From NCBI GenBank assembly GCA_021793645.1, contig JAJYSJ010000002.1, positions 144,753 to 208,752 of the forward strand: a stretch of 64,000 bases of DNA, written 5' to 3'. Of the stretch, positions 20,128 to 28,395 are shown piece after piece. Numbering within the stretch: the stretch's first letter is position 1; each line of letters begins with the position of its first letter. The stretch comes from Bacillota bacterium. GTDB lineage: Bacteria; Bacillota; Sulfobacillia; JAJZYS01; JAJYTV01. The notes beneath the pieces are model-generated. The model had not been told where the DNA came from. It ran no database searches and saw only the letters and a program-made list of their open reading frames with translations. The position numbers were made by a program, and so were the translations under genes.

Positions 20128-20936
20128 CGAGTGAAGGCCTCCGTCCAGGCGGGTTGGCCGGCGTGGTGATCCAGCGGTCCATGACCGGAACCAAGGCCAG
20201 GCGCCCTGGCGATCGCTGCACGCACATAGCTGATCGCCCGCTCAACCGCTTGCGCAAGTTCAAGGTGCTGGCCGAGACCCGTAGCGATCGCTGCCGAAAG
20301 GGTGCAGCCTGTGCCGTGCGTATGCCGCGTCTGCAGACGCTGTCCGCGATATGCCGTGAACGTACGTCCGTCGAAGAGGAGATCCTCGATCTCCTCTTCG
20401 ACGCCGTGTCCTCCCTTGACGAGTGCTGCCCGCGCACCCAGCGCAACCAGCCTGCGCGCGGCCTCCTCTCGACCTGCGCGGGTATCCGTCGAGGCGCCGG
20501 TTAGCGCCTCCACCTCCGGCAGGTTCGGCGTGACGAGCCAGGCGAGCGGAAGGATGTCCTCGCGCAGCGTAGCTTCCGCGCTGGCCGCAAGCAGACGGTC
20601 TCCACCCTTCGCCCGCATGACCGGGTCCACGACCAGCGGCACGTCCGGCAAGGCACGCAGCGCTGCGCCGACTGCCCGCACCGCCTCTGCGTCTCCGAGC
20701 ATGCCGCATTTCGCAGCGTCCACCCCGATGTCTTGTGCAACGACCTCGATCTGCCGGGAGATCGCTTCGGGAGGCAGTGGCCAGATCCCGTGCACGCCCT
20801 GCGTGTTCTGCGCGGTCACGGCCGTGACCGCCGCCATGGCGTAGCCCCCGAGGCGCTCGATCGTCTTGATGTCCGCCTCGATCCCTGCGCCCCCGCCGGA
20901 GTCGCTGCCGGCGACGGTGAGGATGCGGGCGGGCAT
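20124..20936 (-). CDS. thiD: hydroxymethylpyrimidine / phosphomethylpyrimidine kinase
   Basis: ThiD/PdxK ribokinase-fold motifs (GSDSGGGAGIEADIKT, GTGCTLSAAIA). Confidence 0.9.
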   Translation of the reverse strand: MPARILTVAGSDSGGGAGIEADIKTIERLGGYAMAAVTAVTAQNTQGVHGIWPLPPEAISRQIEVVAQDIGVDAAKCGMLGDAEAVRAVGAALRALPDVPLVVDPVMRAKGGDRLLAASAEATLREDILPLAWLVTPNLPEVEALTGASTDTRAGREEAARRLVALGARAALVKGGHGVEEEIEDLLFDGRTFTAYRGQRLQTRHTHGTGCTLSAAIATGLGQHLELAQAVERAISYVRAAIARAPGLGSGHGPLDHHAGQPAWTEAFTR

Positions 20937-21994
20937 CAGAGGCCCGCCTCCATCGCCTTGCCGAACGCGGCCCAGAACGGGTCGACGCCCGGGTGGACGA
21001 GCGGGCGGTCGCCCGCGTCCGTGGTGAGGATCATGCCGCGCTCCTCAGGTAGGATCTCTCCGATCGCACTCGCCGGCACCCCGGCCTCAGAGAGGGCCCG
21101 GAGAATGCCATCCGCGTGCTCAGGCCGCGCGGTGAGAAGAAGAGTCCCCTCCGAAATCGCGGCGAGGGGGTCGATTCCGACCGCATCGCAGACAGCCCGT
21201 ACTTCTTCGCGCACCAGCACCTTGCGCTCTTCGAGGCGTACCCCGACACCCGACGCCTGCGCGATCTCGAAGACCCCGCCCAGCACCCCGCACTCCGTCG
21301 CGTCATGCATCGCCGTCACGCCGCGCTCGCGCACACCGTACGCCGAAGCTGCCATCGCATCCTTGACGACGCTCATCTGGTAGAAGAGCTCCTGCGCCTT
21401 CAGCGACAGGTCCGCCCCAATCCGACGGGCAAGCTGATCGGGAAACGTTACGCCGAACAGCCCCGTCGCCTCGATGGCCGCCCCCTTCGTCGCGAGCAGG
21501 ACATCGCCAGGGCGAGCCATCTCTGGCGTGACGTAGGCATCCTTGGCTCCAACCGCGACGACCGTGGCGCCGCCGACCATCGGGTAGGCGCATCCCTCGT
21601 AGCGCGCCGTGTGGCCAGAGATCACGGCGATGCCGAGCTCGCTGCAGGTCTCGTGCATCGCGTCCCAAAGTTCTGTAAGTTCCGGGCCAGTGATTTCGAG
21701 CGGCAGGTTGAGGTCGATCGCGATGTAGGCCGGAGGCAGACCGGACGTGGCAACATCGGACGCGAGGATGTGAATCGCGAACCAGGCCGCACGGCGCATT
21801 CCGTACTGCGGCACGACGAATACGGGGTCGCAGGTGGTTGCCATCACGCGATCTTTGCCGATCTCCACCACCGCGATGTCTACACCGGATCGCGGTCCGA
21901 CGAGCACCTCGGGGCGTGCGGCACCAAGGCGCGGGTAGATTAGAGACGAGAATACCTCCGGTGAGATCTTGCCGACCGCTGGAAGCTCCGGCAT
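20936..21994 (-). CDS. AIR synthase-related (PurM-superfamily) protein, first gene of the TPP-riboswitch operon
   Basis: PurM-like N- and C-domains (DPVFVVP, GHTARYEG, the HDATECGVLGG region). The start is set at MPELPAVGK (GGAGGG RBS, 8-nt spacer); the longer track ORF runs through the riboswitch and is rejected. Confidence 0.75.
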   Translation of the reverse strand: MPELPAVGKISPEVFSSLIYPRLGAARPEVLVGPRSGVDIAVVEIGKDRVMATTCDPVFVVPQYGMRRAAWFAIHILASDVATSGLPPAYIAIDLNLPLEITGPELTELWDAMHETCSELGIAVISGHTARYEGCAYPMVGGATVVAVGAKDAYVTPEMARPGDVLLATKGAAIEATGLFGVTFPDQLARRIGADLSLKAQELFYQMSVVKDAMAASAYGVRERGVTAMHDATECGVLGGVFEIAQASGVGVRLEERKVLVREEVRAVCDAVGIDPLAAISEGTLLLTARPEHADGILRALSEAGVPASAIGEILPEERGMILTTDAGDRPLVHPGVDPFWAAFGKAMEAGL

Positions 21995-22007
21995 CGATGC
22001 ATCCCTC

Positions 22008-22048
22008 CAAAAAATCAGCATGGCCGCTGCCAGCAGGCAGCGGCCGCC
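22008..22048 (-). terminator. attenuator terminator of the TPP riboswitch expression platform
   Basis: GGCCGCUGCC-ugcu-GGCAGCGGCC stem followed by UGAUUUUUUGG, immediately before the RBS of the PurM-like gene. Confidence 0.65.
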
Positions 22049-22063
22049 AAACTTCTTGGCGCG

Positions 22064-22150
22064 CTTCCCTACGCTGGCATGACCCAGTTCAGGTTCGAAG
22101 GGTCGGCGCGATTGCACCTCTCAGCCTCGCCTACGAGGCTCCCCTAGCGT
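22064..22150 (-). promoter_or_regulatory. TPP (thiamine pyrophosphate) riboswitch, THI-box aptamer
   Basis: Minus-strand sequence ..GGGGAGCC..GCUGAGAGG..ACCCUUCGAACCUGAACUGGGUCAUGCCAGCGUAGGGAAG matches the conserved THI-element core (CUGAGA, ACCCUU.GAACCUGAUC.GG.UAAUGCCAGCGUAGGGAA). Confidence 0.85.
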
Positions 22151-22197
22151 TCGGAGTAATCGTAGCACGCGGGCACACCCGATGCACTACTTGCCAC

Positions 22198-22242
22198 GCA
22201 AAAGCGTAGGAAGCACCCAAAGCAGGGTGCCCCTACGCTTCC
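22198..22242 (-). terminator. rho-independent terminator after the DsrE-like gene
   Basis: GC-rich hairpin (AAGCGUAGGGGCACCC / GGGUGCUUCCUACGCUU) followed by UUUG, directly after the stop codon. Confidence 0.5.
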
Positions 22243-22252
22243 AGAAACGTTT

Positions 22253-22591
22253 TTAGTATCCGACGACTTGATAGCCCTCTTCGGTCAGCTGCACCAGCAC
22301 GTCCCCCGCCGGCTCCAGGCTGACACCGTAGGCCTGCAGCCGATCTTCGGCGCCGAGCTGCTTCGCATTGAACTGGCAGGCGATGATCGGTCCACCGGCG
22401 CCCTTCAGCCCCTCGAGCGCCTCGCGCAGTTCACCGGTCGCCTCGTCCAGCAGTTTCACGGCGGGTCCGAAGAAGACGACCTTCGTCTCTGCGCGACCGC
22501 TCTGGCGCAAACGGGCCGCGATGCGCACGCCCGCCAGTGCCTTGCCTTCCTGTCCGGGACCTGCGGTGATCCAACTTGCAATCTTCGTCAT
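22253..22591 (-). CDS. DsrE/DsrF-like family protein
   Basis: 112-aa protein with a DsrE-fold pattern (GPAVKLL, conserved Cys in IIACQ). GAGGAGG RBS. Confidence 0.65.
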   Translation of the reverse strand: MTKIASWITAGPGQEGKALAGVRIAARLRQSGRAETKVVFFGPAVKLLDEATGELREALEGLKGAGGPIIACQFNAKQLGAEDRLQAYGVSLEPAGDVLVQLTEEGYQVVGY

Positions 22592-22611
22592 CAGATTTCC
22601 TCCTCGATGGA

Positions 22612-23544
22612 TTATCGGGTCACGACCGGCGGCAGCTCCCGCACCCGGATCGACGCCTCCTGCAACTCGCCGTGACGCAGGACGGAAAGTACGAGGCGGT
22701 CACCGACCTCGGTGCCGCGAACCACACGCCGCAAAGCAGCGATCGAGGGAGTCTTCTCTCCGCCGGCAGCGGTGATCACGTCGAAGGGCAGGAGACCTGC
22801 AGCGTCTGCGGGACCGCCAGGCTCTACCTCCAGTGTTGCCACACCGCGCGCCGCAGGCAGCTCGAGAAGCTGCGCCAGTTCCGGCGAGACCACCTCGGTT
22901 GTGCCGCGGATGCCGATCCAGGGATGCTGTGCTCGGCCCAGGCGCCGGAATTGTCCAAGCGCCAGTTCCACCTGCCAGGTGGGAATGGCGAAGCCGAGGT
23001 TCTGCCCTTGCGCGAGGATCATGGTCGGAATGCCGACCAGGCGACCTTCGAGGTCCGTGAGTGCGCCGCCGGAGTTGCCGGGGTTGATCGCTGCGTCCGT
23101 CTGCACGAGCCCATCGAGCGGTCCCAGCATACGTTCGACCGCGCTCACGACGCCAAGCGTAACCGTCCAGTCGAAGCCAAACGGATTGCCAACCGCGAGG
23201 ACCAGCTGACCCGGACGGAGTTCCGCCCGCGTCGCGAGCGACACAGCTTCACGTACGGGCGACTGCGTGCGCACGAGCGCGAGGTCGTACAGCCGATCAA
23301 GCGCTAGGACCTGTCCGCCGCGCGTGATGCCGTCGTGGAACGTGATGGCCACCTCGGACTGCCCGTGCACGACATGCGCATTCGTGACAATCTCGCCTGC
23401 CGCCGCATCCACAAGCACTCCAGAGCCGACACCGCTACCGCGGGCTCCCTGCGCCTCGACGCGCACGACGCTTGGGCCAACCTTTGCCGCCGCCTCCTGA
23501 ATGCCAGCTGAGACGAGGGCGGCCGCTGTGTTGTCCATCTCCAT
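22612..23544 (-). CDS. trypsin-like serine protease with PDZ domain (HtrA/DegP family, S1C)
   Basis: Catalytic His (TNAHVV), Asp and Ser (GNSGGAL) plus a C-terminal PDZ domain. No N-terminal TM helix. Start MEMDNT with a GGAGGGAGAGG RBS. Confidence 0.85.
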   Translation of the reverse strand: MEMDNTAAALVSAGIQEAAAKVGPSVVRVEAQGARGSGVGSGVLVDAAAGEIVTNAHVVHGQSEVAITFHDGITRGGQVLALDRLYDLALVRTQSPVREAVSLATRAELRPGQLVLAVGNPFGFDWTVTLGVVSAVERMLGPLDGLVQTDAAINPGNSGGALTDLEGRLVGIPTMILAQGQNLGFAIPTWQVELALGQFRRLGRAQHPWIGIRGTTEVVSPELAQLLELPAARGVATLEVEPGGPADAAGLLPFDVITAAGGEKTPSIAALRRVVRGTEVGDRLVLSVLRHGELQEASIRVRELPPVVTR

Positions 23545-23599
23545 GTGCCTCTCCCTCCATCGGCTTGCCGAGCTTTCCGGTGAGGTACCCAAAACTTAC

Positions 23600-23640
23600 G
23601 TTAGGTAAGTAACTTACGATTGTCAAGCGAATGTGTTACA
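23600..23640 (+). promoter_or_regulatory. candidate sigma-A promoter of the hxlR-like gene (TTACGA -17 nt- TGtTACAAT)
   Basis: Extended -10 TGtTACAAT and a weak -35 read directly, about 20 nt upstream of the GGAGG RBS. Confidence 0.3.
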
Positions 23641-23660
23641 ATGCCTGCGGAGGCGATCCC

Positions 23661-24008
23661 GTGCTCTACGACGTGATGTGCCCACGCTACGAGCAGGCCG
23701 CACAACTTCTTGGGAAAAAATGGACGAACCTCATCCTTCGGGTCTTGATGGGCAGGCCTCGCCGCTTCGGGGAATTCCGCCATCAGGTGCCGGAGCTCTC
23801 CGAGCGGCTGCTTTCGGAACGGTTGCGCGAACTTGAGGACGAGGGTCTCGTACGCCGCATCGTGGCGGACTGTCGACCGGTCCTGATCCTTTATGAACTG
23901 ACGCCGAAAGGGCACGAATTAGAGATTGTCGTCCAGTCGATTCAGGCATGGGCGGACAGGTGGATCTGCATCGAGGATGGGTATGCGGTGAAGGCGCGCA
24001 CCCGCTGA
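23661..24008 (+). CDS. HxlR-family transcriptional regulator
   Basis: HxlR-type wHTH (CPRYEQAAQLLGKKWTNLILRVL..PRRFGEF..). GTG start with a GGAGG RBS. Confidence 0.8.
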   Translation: MLYDVMCPRYEQAAQLLGKKWTNLILRVLMGRPRRFGEFRHQVPELSERLLSERLRELEDEGLVRRIVADCRPVLILYELTPKGHELEIVVQSIQAWADRWICIEDGYAVKARTR

Positions 24009-24057
24009 CGAGCGTTTGCCTTTCCTGCCTGCGGATGGTACATTGATGTAGCGCTTT

Positions 24058-24133
24058 GCGCCCGTAGCTCAGTGGATAGAGCGCTTGCCTCCGGAGCAAG
24101 AGGCCGCAGGTTCGAATCCCGCCGGGCGCGCCA
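24058..24133 (+). tRNA. tRNA-Arg (anticodon CCG)
   Basis: 76-nt cloverleaf with a 7-bp acceptor stem GCGCCCG/CGGGCGC, D-loop AGCTCAGTGGATAGAGCG, anticodon loop cuCCGga, T-loop GGTTCGAATCC and an encoded CCA. Confidence 0.9.
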
Positions 24134-24169
24134 AGTTTGAAACCCCGCAACCCGCTCCAGGAGCGGATT

Positions 24170-24217
24170 ACAGAACCGAGGCACTCCCGAAGGAGTGCCT
24201 CGGTTTCTGCGCTTTTG
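24170..24217. terminator. hairpin terminator downstream of tRNA-Arg (GAGGCACUcccgaaggAGUGCCUC + UUUCUGCgcUUUU)
   Basis: Read directly; it lies between the convergent tRNA and RibD_C genes. Confidence 0.5.
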
Positions 24218-24310
24218 CGACGATGGAGCTGCAGGCCGGGCGGTTGGTGTGCCGTTGACCCGGTCGGACGCGCGACCGCAGCGAAGGCGCCACGGAGGGC
24301 GGACGTCGTC

Positions 24311-24928
24311 CTATGCGGGCCTGTGGTCTACCCGATAGCAGGCCAAAATGCTCCCCGAGCCTTCCGAAACCCGCGTGCTGAGCAACTTGAGCGACACCGC
24401 CGGCCGACCTTCGAAGAGCGGTGTGCCGCCGCCTCCGATCAGTGGGAAGATGGTGAACTGCAGCTCATCCACGAGACCGTGCGCGAGCAGATCGTTCCAT
24501 AGAAGGCGTCCGGAGAAGATGAGGATGTCCCGGCCCTCCTGCTGCCTGAGTGCGCCGATCTCCTTGCGTGCATCCGCCCGCCGCACGATGTGCGTGTTGT
24601 TCCAGCACCCGAGTTCATCCTCCGTCAGGTGGTCGGAGACCACCACCTTGTCGATGGGGTTCATTACATGCGCAATCTCGCGAAAGATGGGCCCGGCACT
24701 GGGGTCGTCCGGCACCGCGGACCAGTGGTCGCGAAACGCCACGAACGCCGCTTTGCTGTTTAGCACCAGTGTATCGGCGGACCGGAGTCGCTCGGCGCTG
24801 TAGCGGTGAAAGCTGCCGTCCTGCGCATAGTCCTCGTGCCAGTATTCGAACAGGTCATCGACGCTTCTGCCCGGACCTTCGTAGTAGCCGTCCAAGGAAA
24901 CCAGATTGTTCACCACGACCTTGCGCAT
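24311..24928 (-). CDS. dihydrofolate reductase-family protein (RibD C-terminal domain, PF01872-like)
   Basis: N-terminus [20 protein letters not shown] and a C-terminal GGGGTPLF motif typical of the RibD_C / YwjB family. Confidence 0.8.
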   Translation of the reverse strand: MRKVVVNNLVSLDGYYEGPGRSVDDLFEYWHEDYAQDGSFHRYSAERLRSADTLVLNSKAAFVAFRDHWSAVPDDPSAGPIFREIAHVMNPIDKVVVSDHLTEDELGCWNNTHIVRRADARKEIGALRQQEGRDILIFSGRLLWNDLLAHGLVDELQFTIFPLIGGGGTPLFEGRPAVSLKLLSTRVSEGSGSILACYRVDHRPA

Positions 24929-25084
24929 CTTGGTTCTCCTCTCGTTTTCGTACGACGCACTGGGGCGCCGTCACCACACCGTCGAACGGCCCAGAGGATT
25001 TCAACACGATGCGCATCCGTCGTGTGCCTCGGCATGCGGCCGGGACCCCGACCGTCGCTCCGAAGCGTGGGATGGATTCTGTGA

Positions 25085-26356
25085 TCAGTTGCGGTGGAGC
25101 GACTGCAGCCGCTCAGAGAGAAACCGCCGCTCCGCGTCGTTGCGCACGAGCTGCACGGCGCGACGCAAGGCGGAGGCCGCTTCGTCCGCGCGCCCCAACC
25201 GTTCAAGAAGCTCCGCCTTGATGGCGAAGAGATAGTGGTAGTCCGCGAGCCGGCCGCCCGCCTCGAGCGCCTCAACCTCCGCAAGGGCCGGCTGCGGTCC
25301 CTCCGATACGAAGACCGCCACCGCCCGGTTCAGTGCCACGACCGGGGAGGGCCAGAGCGATAGGAGACGGTCGTAGAGCAGCACGATGCGTGCCCAGTCC
25401 GTTTCGGTGTACGTCAGCGCCTCGGCATGGCAGAGCGCGATCTCCGCCTGCAGTCCGTAACGGCCAAGGGGGCCGGCGCGCGATGCATCGTCAACCAGCG
25501 TACGGGCTTCGCGGATCGCGGCCCGGTCCCACTTCGCGCGGTCCTGCTCCTCGAGGCGAAGCGCGGCGCCGGACGCGTCCACGCGGGTGGCGCGCCGTGC
25601 ACCCGTGACCAGCAGGAGTGCGAGAAGCGCGTGTGACTCCGGCTCATGCGGCATGAGCTCGGCCATGAGACGCGCAAGGTGGACCGAGTGGTCCAGCAAC
25701 GCATCGCGCGTCAGGGTGTCGCCAGATGGTGCCACGTGGCCCGCAGTGAACAGCAGATAGATCACGCCCAGCACGACGGCGAGGCGATCCGAAAGCTCAG
25801 CCGGATCCGGCATGGCGAAGGGGATTCGGGCCGTCGCGATCTTGCGCTTCGCCCGCGTCAGCCGAGCGCCCATCGTCGTGTCGGAAACGAGGAAAGCCCG
25901 GGCGATGTCCGCCGTAGAGAGGCCGCACACCAGTCGCAGTGTGAGCGCCATCTGCGCCTCCGGCGCCAGTGCGGGGTGGCAACAGAGGAAGATCAGGCGC
26001 AGCCGCTCGTCCGGGATCGCCGTCGCCGCCTGCGCAGACCGTGCACTTTCCGCCGTCCCCCCGTCGACCGCGGCAGTCTGCGCCTCTACGAGCAACGGAA
26101 GCTTCGACCGGAGCGTCGCCGCGCGCCGCACGGCGTCCACGGCCCGGCGCTTGGCGATGGTGGTGAGCCAGGCGGCTGCGTTCGCGGGGACTCCGTCCCG
26201 GGGCCAGGACTTGAGCGCCGCGGCATACGCCTCCTGCGCGCAGTCCTCGGCGAGGTCGAGGTCGCGCGTGATGCGCAGCGCAGCTGCAACGACCATCGCC
26301 CACGCGGCGCGGTGCGCATCCTCGAGCGCCCGCTCGATGTCAGACTGTCCGCTCAC
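25085..26356 (-). CDS. ECF-type RNA polymerase sigma factor with long C-terminal (TPR-like) extension (ECF42-like architecture)
   Basis: Sigma-70 region 2 (DCAQEAYAAALKSW..) and region 4 (LSTADIARAFLVSDTTMGARLTRAKRKIA), followed by a ~250-aa extension. GTG start just downstream of the YciI-like stop; the longer track ORF overlaps yciI and is rejected. Confidence 0.8.
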   Translation of the reverse strand: MSGQSDIERALEDAHRAAWAMVVAAALRITRDLDLAEDCAQEAYAAALKSWPRDGVPANAAAWLTTIAKRRAVDAVRRAATLRSKLPLLVEAQTAAVDGGTAESARSAQAATAIPDERLRLIFLCCHPALAPEAQMALTLRLVCGLSTADIARAFLVSDTTMGARLTRAKRKIATARIPFAMPDPAELSDRLAVVLGVIYLLFTAGHVAPSGDTLTRDALLDHSVHLARLMAELMPHEPESHALLALLLVTGARRATRVDASGAALRLEEQDRAKWDRAAIREARTLVDDASRAGPLGRYGLQAEIALCHAEALTYTETDWARIVLLYDRLLSLWPSPVVALNRAVAVFVSEGPQPALAEVEALEAGGRLADYHYLFAIKAELLERLGRADEAASALRRAVQLVRNDAERRFLSERLQSLHRN

Positions 26357-26681
26357 CGGCAATGGGCCGCACCTCCAGTCCGCCACCCCGCTGCAGAATC
26401 GGATTGCGCCGCGCGACGCGCAGGGCGCTGTCGAGGTCCGGGGCCTCGATGATGTAGACGCCGACAATGACCTCCTTGGCCTCGGTGAATGGCCCATCAA
26501 TGACGAGGTCGCCGCGTAGCGAAGTCGCCGTCGCGGCCGGCTCGAGGGCAAACGCCATGGACATTACTCCCTCGCGCTCAAGCTCGTCTGCGTGGCGGTC
26601 GTGCACCTCCATTTCCTCCACGGTGGCCTCGGCGGCGGCATCTGCGGCAGGGGCATAGAGCATGACCGCATATTTGGCCAT
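26340..26681 (-). CDS. YciI-like (YCII-related) domain protein
   Basis: 113-aa protein with a YCII-related fold pattern, co-oriented immediately upstream of the ECF sigma gene. Confidence 0.75.
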   Translation of the reverse strand: MAKYAVMLYAPAADAAAEATVEEMEVHDRHADELEREGVMSMAFALEPAATATSLRGDLVIDGPFTEAKEVIVGVYIIEAPDLDSALRVARRNPILQRGGGLEVRPIAGERTV

Positions 26682-26799
26682 ATTGATCTCTCCTTCCGTG
26701 AACGGCTCTCCCTATTCGTCGAAGGGACTCGGCGAAATCGACGCCCAGAATCGCGACATCCCGCATCGGCGACTTCGAGCGGTGGTCTCACTTTGCTCT

Positions 26800-26940
26800 A
26801 TCGCGCCTGCACGGGGTGGATCCGTTTTGGACCGTCGTTACCCCTCAAGTGGATCCCGTTTGGTCCATCGTAGCCAACGGTGGGAAACGACGGGGAAGCG
26901 TTGTCCCAAAACCGCTTCAGAAGGCGATGGCTAGCCTCCG
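26800..26940. repeat. copy C of the IS607/TnpB right-end (omegaRNA-scaffold-like) repeat, partial
   Basis: gggaaacgacggggaagcgttgtcccaaaaccgcttcagaagg matches copies at 31163-31320 and 36412-36552. It is preceded by an internal ~24-nt direct duplication (tggatccgttttggaccgtcgtta / tggatcccgtttggtccatcgtag). Confidence 0.45.
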
Positions 26941-27255
26941 CAAGGGGTCGGAGGGCGGCGATGTTCTGGAACTGCTGGGACATGAATTGCCATGCGAGTT
27001 CGGTCCGCTCGGTGCCCCGAGGCCCTCGCTGCCGAGGTGGCTGTATTCGACAACGGCGGCAGGCACCCCCAAGATGCCGCCGATCCTCTCCGCAACCTTC
27101 TCAGGCCCATCCGAGGCGAGGCTGACGTCGGGGCCATAACGCCACCCATTCGCGTCACCGCTTCCGGCTAATAAAGCGAGCGCAGAGTGGCCCTCACCGC
27201 CCACACCCGCTTCAGGCCATACTCGGCCAGCTACACCGGCGGTTCAGTTTCCCCA

Positions 27256-28305
27256 CTAGATCTCGGGACCACCGAAATCCACTTCCGCCTGCACCAGGCG
27301 CTGAGCGTCACTCAGAAAAGCCTGCTTCATCTGCTCGAAATCCAGCGGCACCAGCATAGCCACATCCTTGGGGTCGACGCGCTCGACCTGCTGCAGCGCC
27401 TTGGCGAACCAGCTCCGGTTGAAGCCGGGGTCCTTCGCCTTCGCCACTTCCATCAGCTTGTCGAGACCATACCTGACCTCAAGCATGTACACGTCAACGA
27501 AGTCCCGCGTCGTGGCGCGGCCGAACAGAGCTAGCGTCTTGTCCGCGGCGAGGTCCCGCAGAGACCGCACCGGCATGCCCTCGACTGTAGACTTGGACTT
27601 CGCGAGCTGGAACGGCGAGTCTTGCCCGATCTCCACCTTGATCCCGGCCACCCACATGCGCACGAACGACGGCCGTTCGTCGCTGGCACTCCGCTGCACT
27701 GAAAGGCCATCCTGCTTGCACGCCTTCGCAAACTCGTCAGCCGCATCCCCCACCCGAATCCCCAAACTGAAGAAATCCAGGTCGTCGGATCGGCGATGAC
27801 CAAGGTAGGCAGCCGCAAGCGCCGTTCCGCCAGCCAGTTCGAAACCGCGTTGTGCCAGCACTTGAGCGGCCACACGCAACACCCGGCGATGCTCGTCTCC
27901 AAGTACCAGATCGCGCCTGTCCTGCACGTCGGCCGCCTCCTTGCAGACCATGCTCCACAGCTTCGCCGCGCCCCCGAACAAGGGGAGTTGGTCCACGATA
28001 GGCGCCAGGGCGGCGAGATCGAGACGGCGCCAGTCGTTGGCGTTCCCTTCCAAAAGGATGGAAGTAACGGCTCGCCGCGCATCGGCGTCATCGTTGATCT
28101 CAATCGGCTTGGGCCAGGACCAGAACAGGCGAATGGACTCGGGCGGGACGGTGCCGCCGGGGATGGCGCGGAGGGCCGACGCGTCTCTCGCCACCTCTCT
28201 CGCCACCTCGCCGCACCTCCCTTTCGGTCCCTTTGCTCGAAGGTACCACATTGGCGCTACAGAGACCGCAGGAAGAGCCTCTGCTTCAGGCGATGCCCGA
28301 ATCAC
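27256..28305 (-). CDS. nucleotidyltransferase of the AbiEii/AbiGii toxin family (DUF1814) with N-terminal extension
   Basis: Motif ELAGGTALAAAYLGHRRSDDLDFF, characteristic of AbiEii NTases, sits at residues ~160-185. ~130 aa precede it. No AbiEi-like partner is adjacent. Confidence 0.7.
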   Translation of the reverse strand: MIRASPEAEALPAVSVAPMWYLRAKGPKGRCGEVAREVARDASALRAIPGGTVPPESIRLFWSWPKPIEINDDADARRAVTSILLEGNANDWRRLDLAALAPIVDQLPLFGGAAKLWSMVCKEAADVQDRRDLVLGDEHRRVLRVAAQVLAQRGFELAGGTALAAAYLGHRRSDDLDFFSLGIRVGDAADEFAKACKQDGLSVQRSASDERPSFVRMWVAGIKVEIGQDSPFQLAKSKSTVEGMPVRSLRDLAADKTLALFGRATTRDFVDVYMLEVRYGLDKLMEVAKAKDPGFNRSWFAKALQQVERVDPKDVAMLVPLDFEQMKQAFLSDAQRLVQAEVDFGGPEI

Positions 28306-28395
28306 GACCGGTGCCGCCGACCCCGACTCTTCAACCTACCCGTGGTCGAAACACAGCAAGTTTCCGAAGACATCGTAGCGGATGCGACCGTCATC

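Noticed and set aside
20936-22117. Longer 393-aa version of the PurM-like ORF
   Set aside because: Its first 41 codons run through the TPP riboswitch aptamer and attenuator terminator. A GGAGGG RBS precedes the internal ATG at 21994.
26682-26790. ECF-type promoter upstream of yciI (TGTCG/CGTC-like elements present)
   Set aside because: Several CGTC and GTCG strings occur, but the spacing does not fit a clear -35/-10 pair. GC-rich sequence makes such matches expected by chance, so it is not called.
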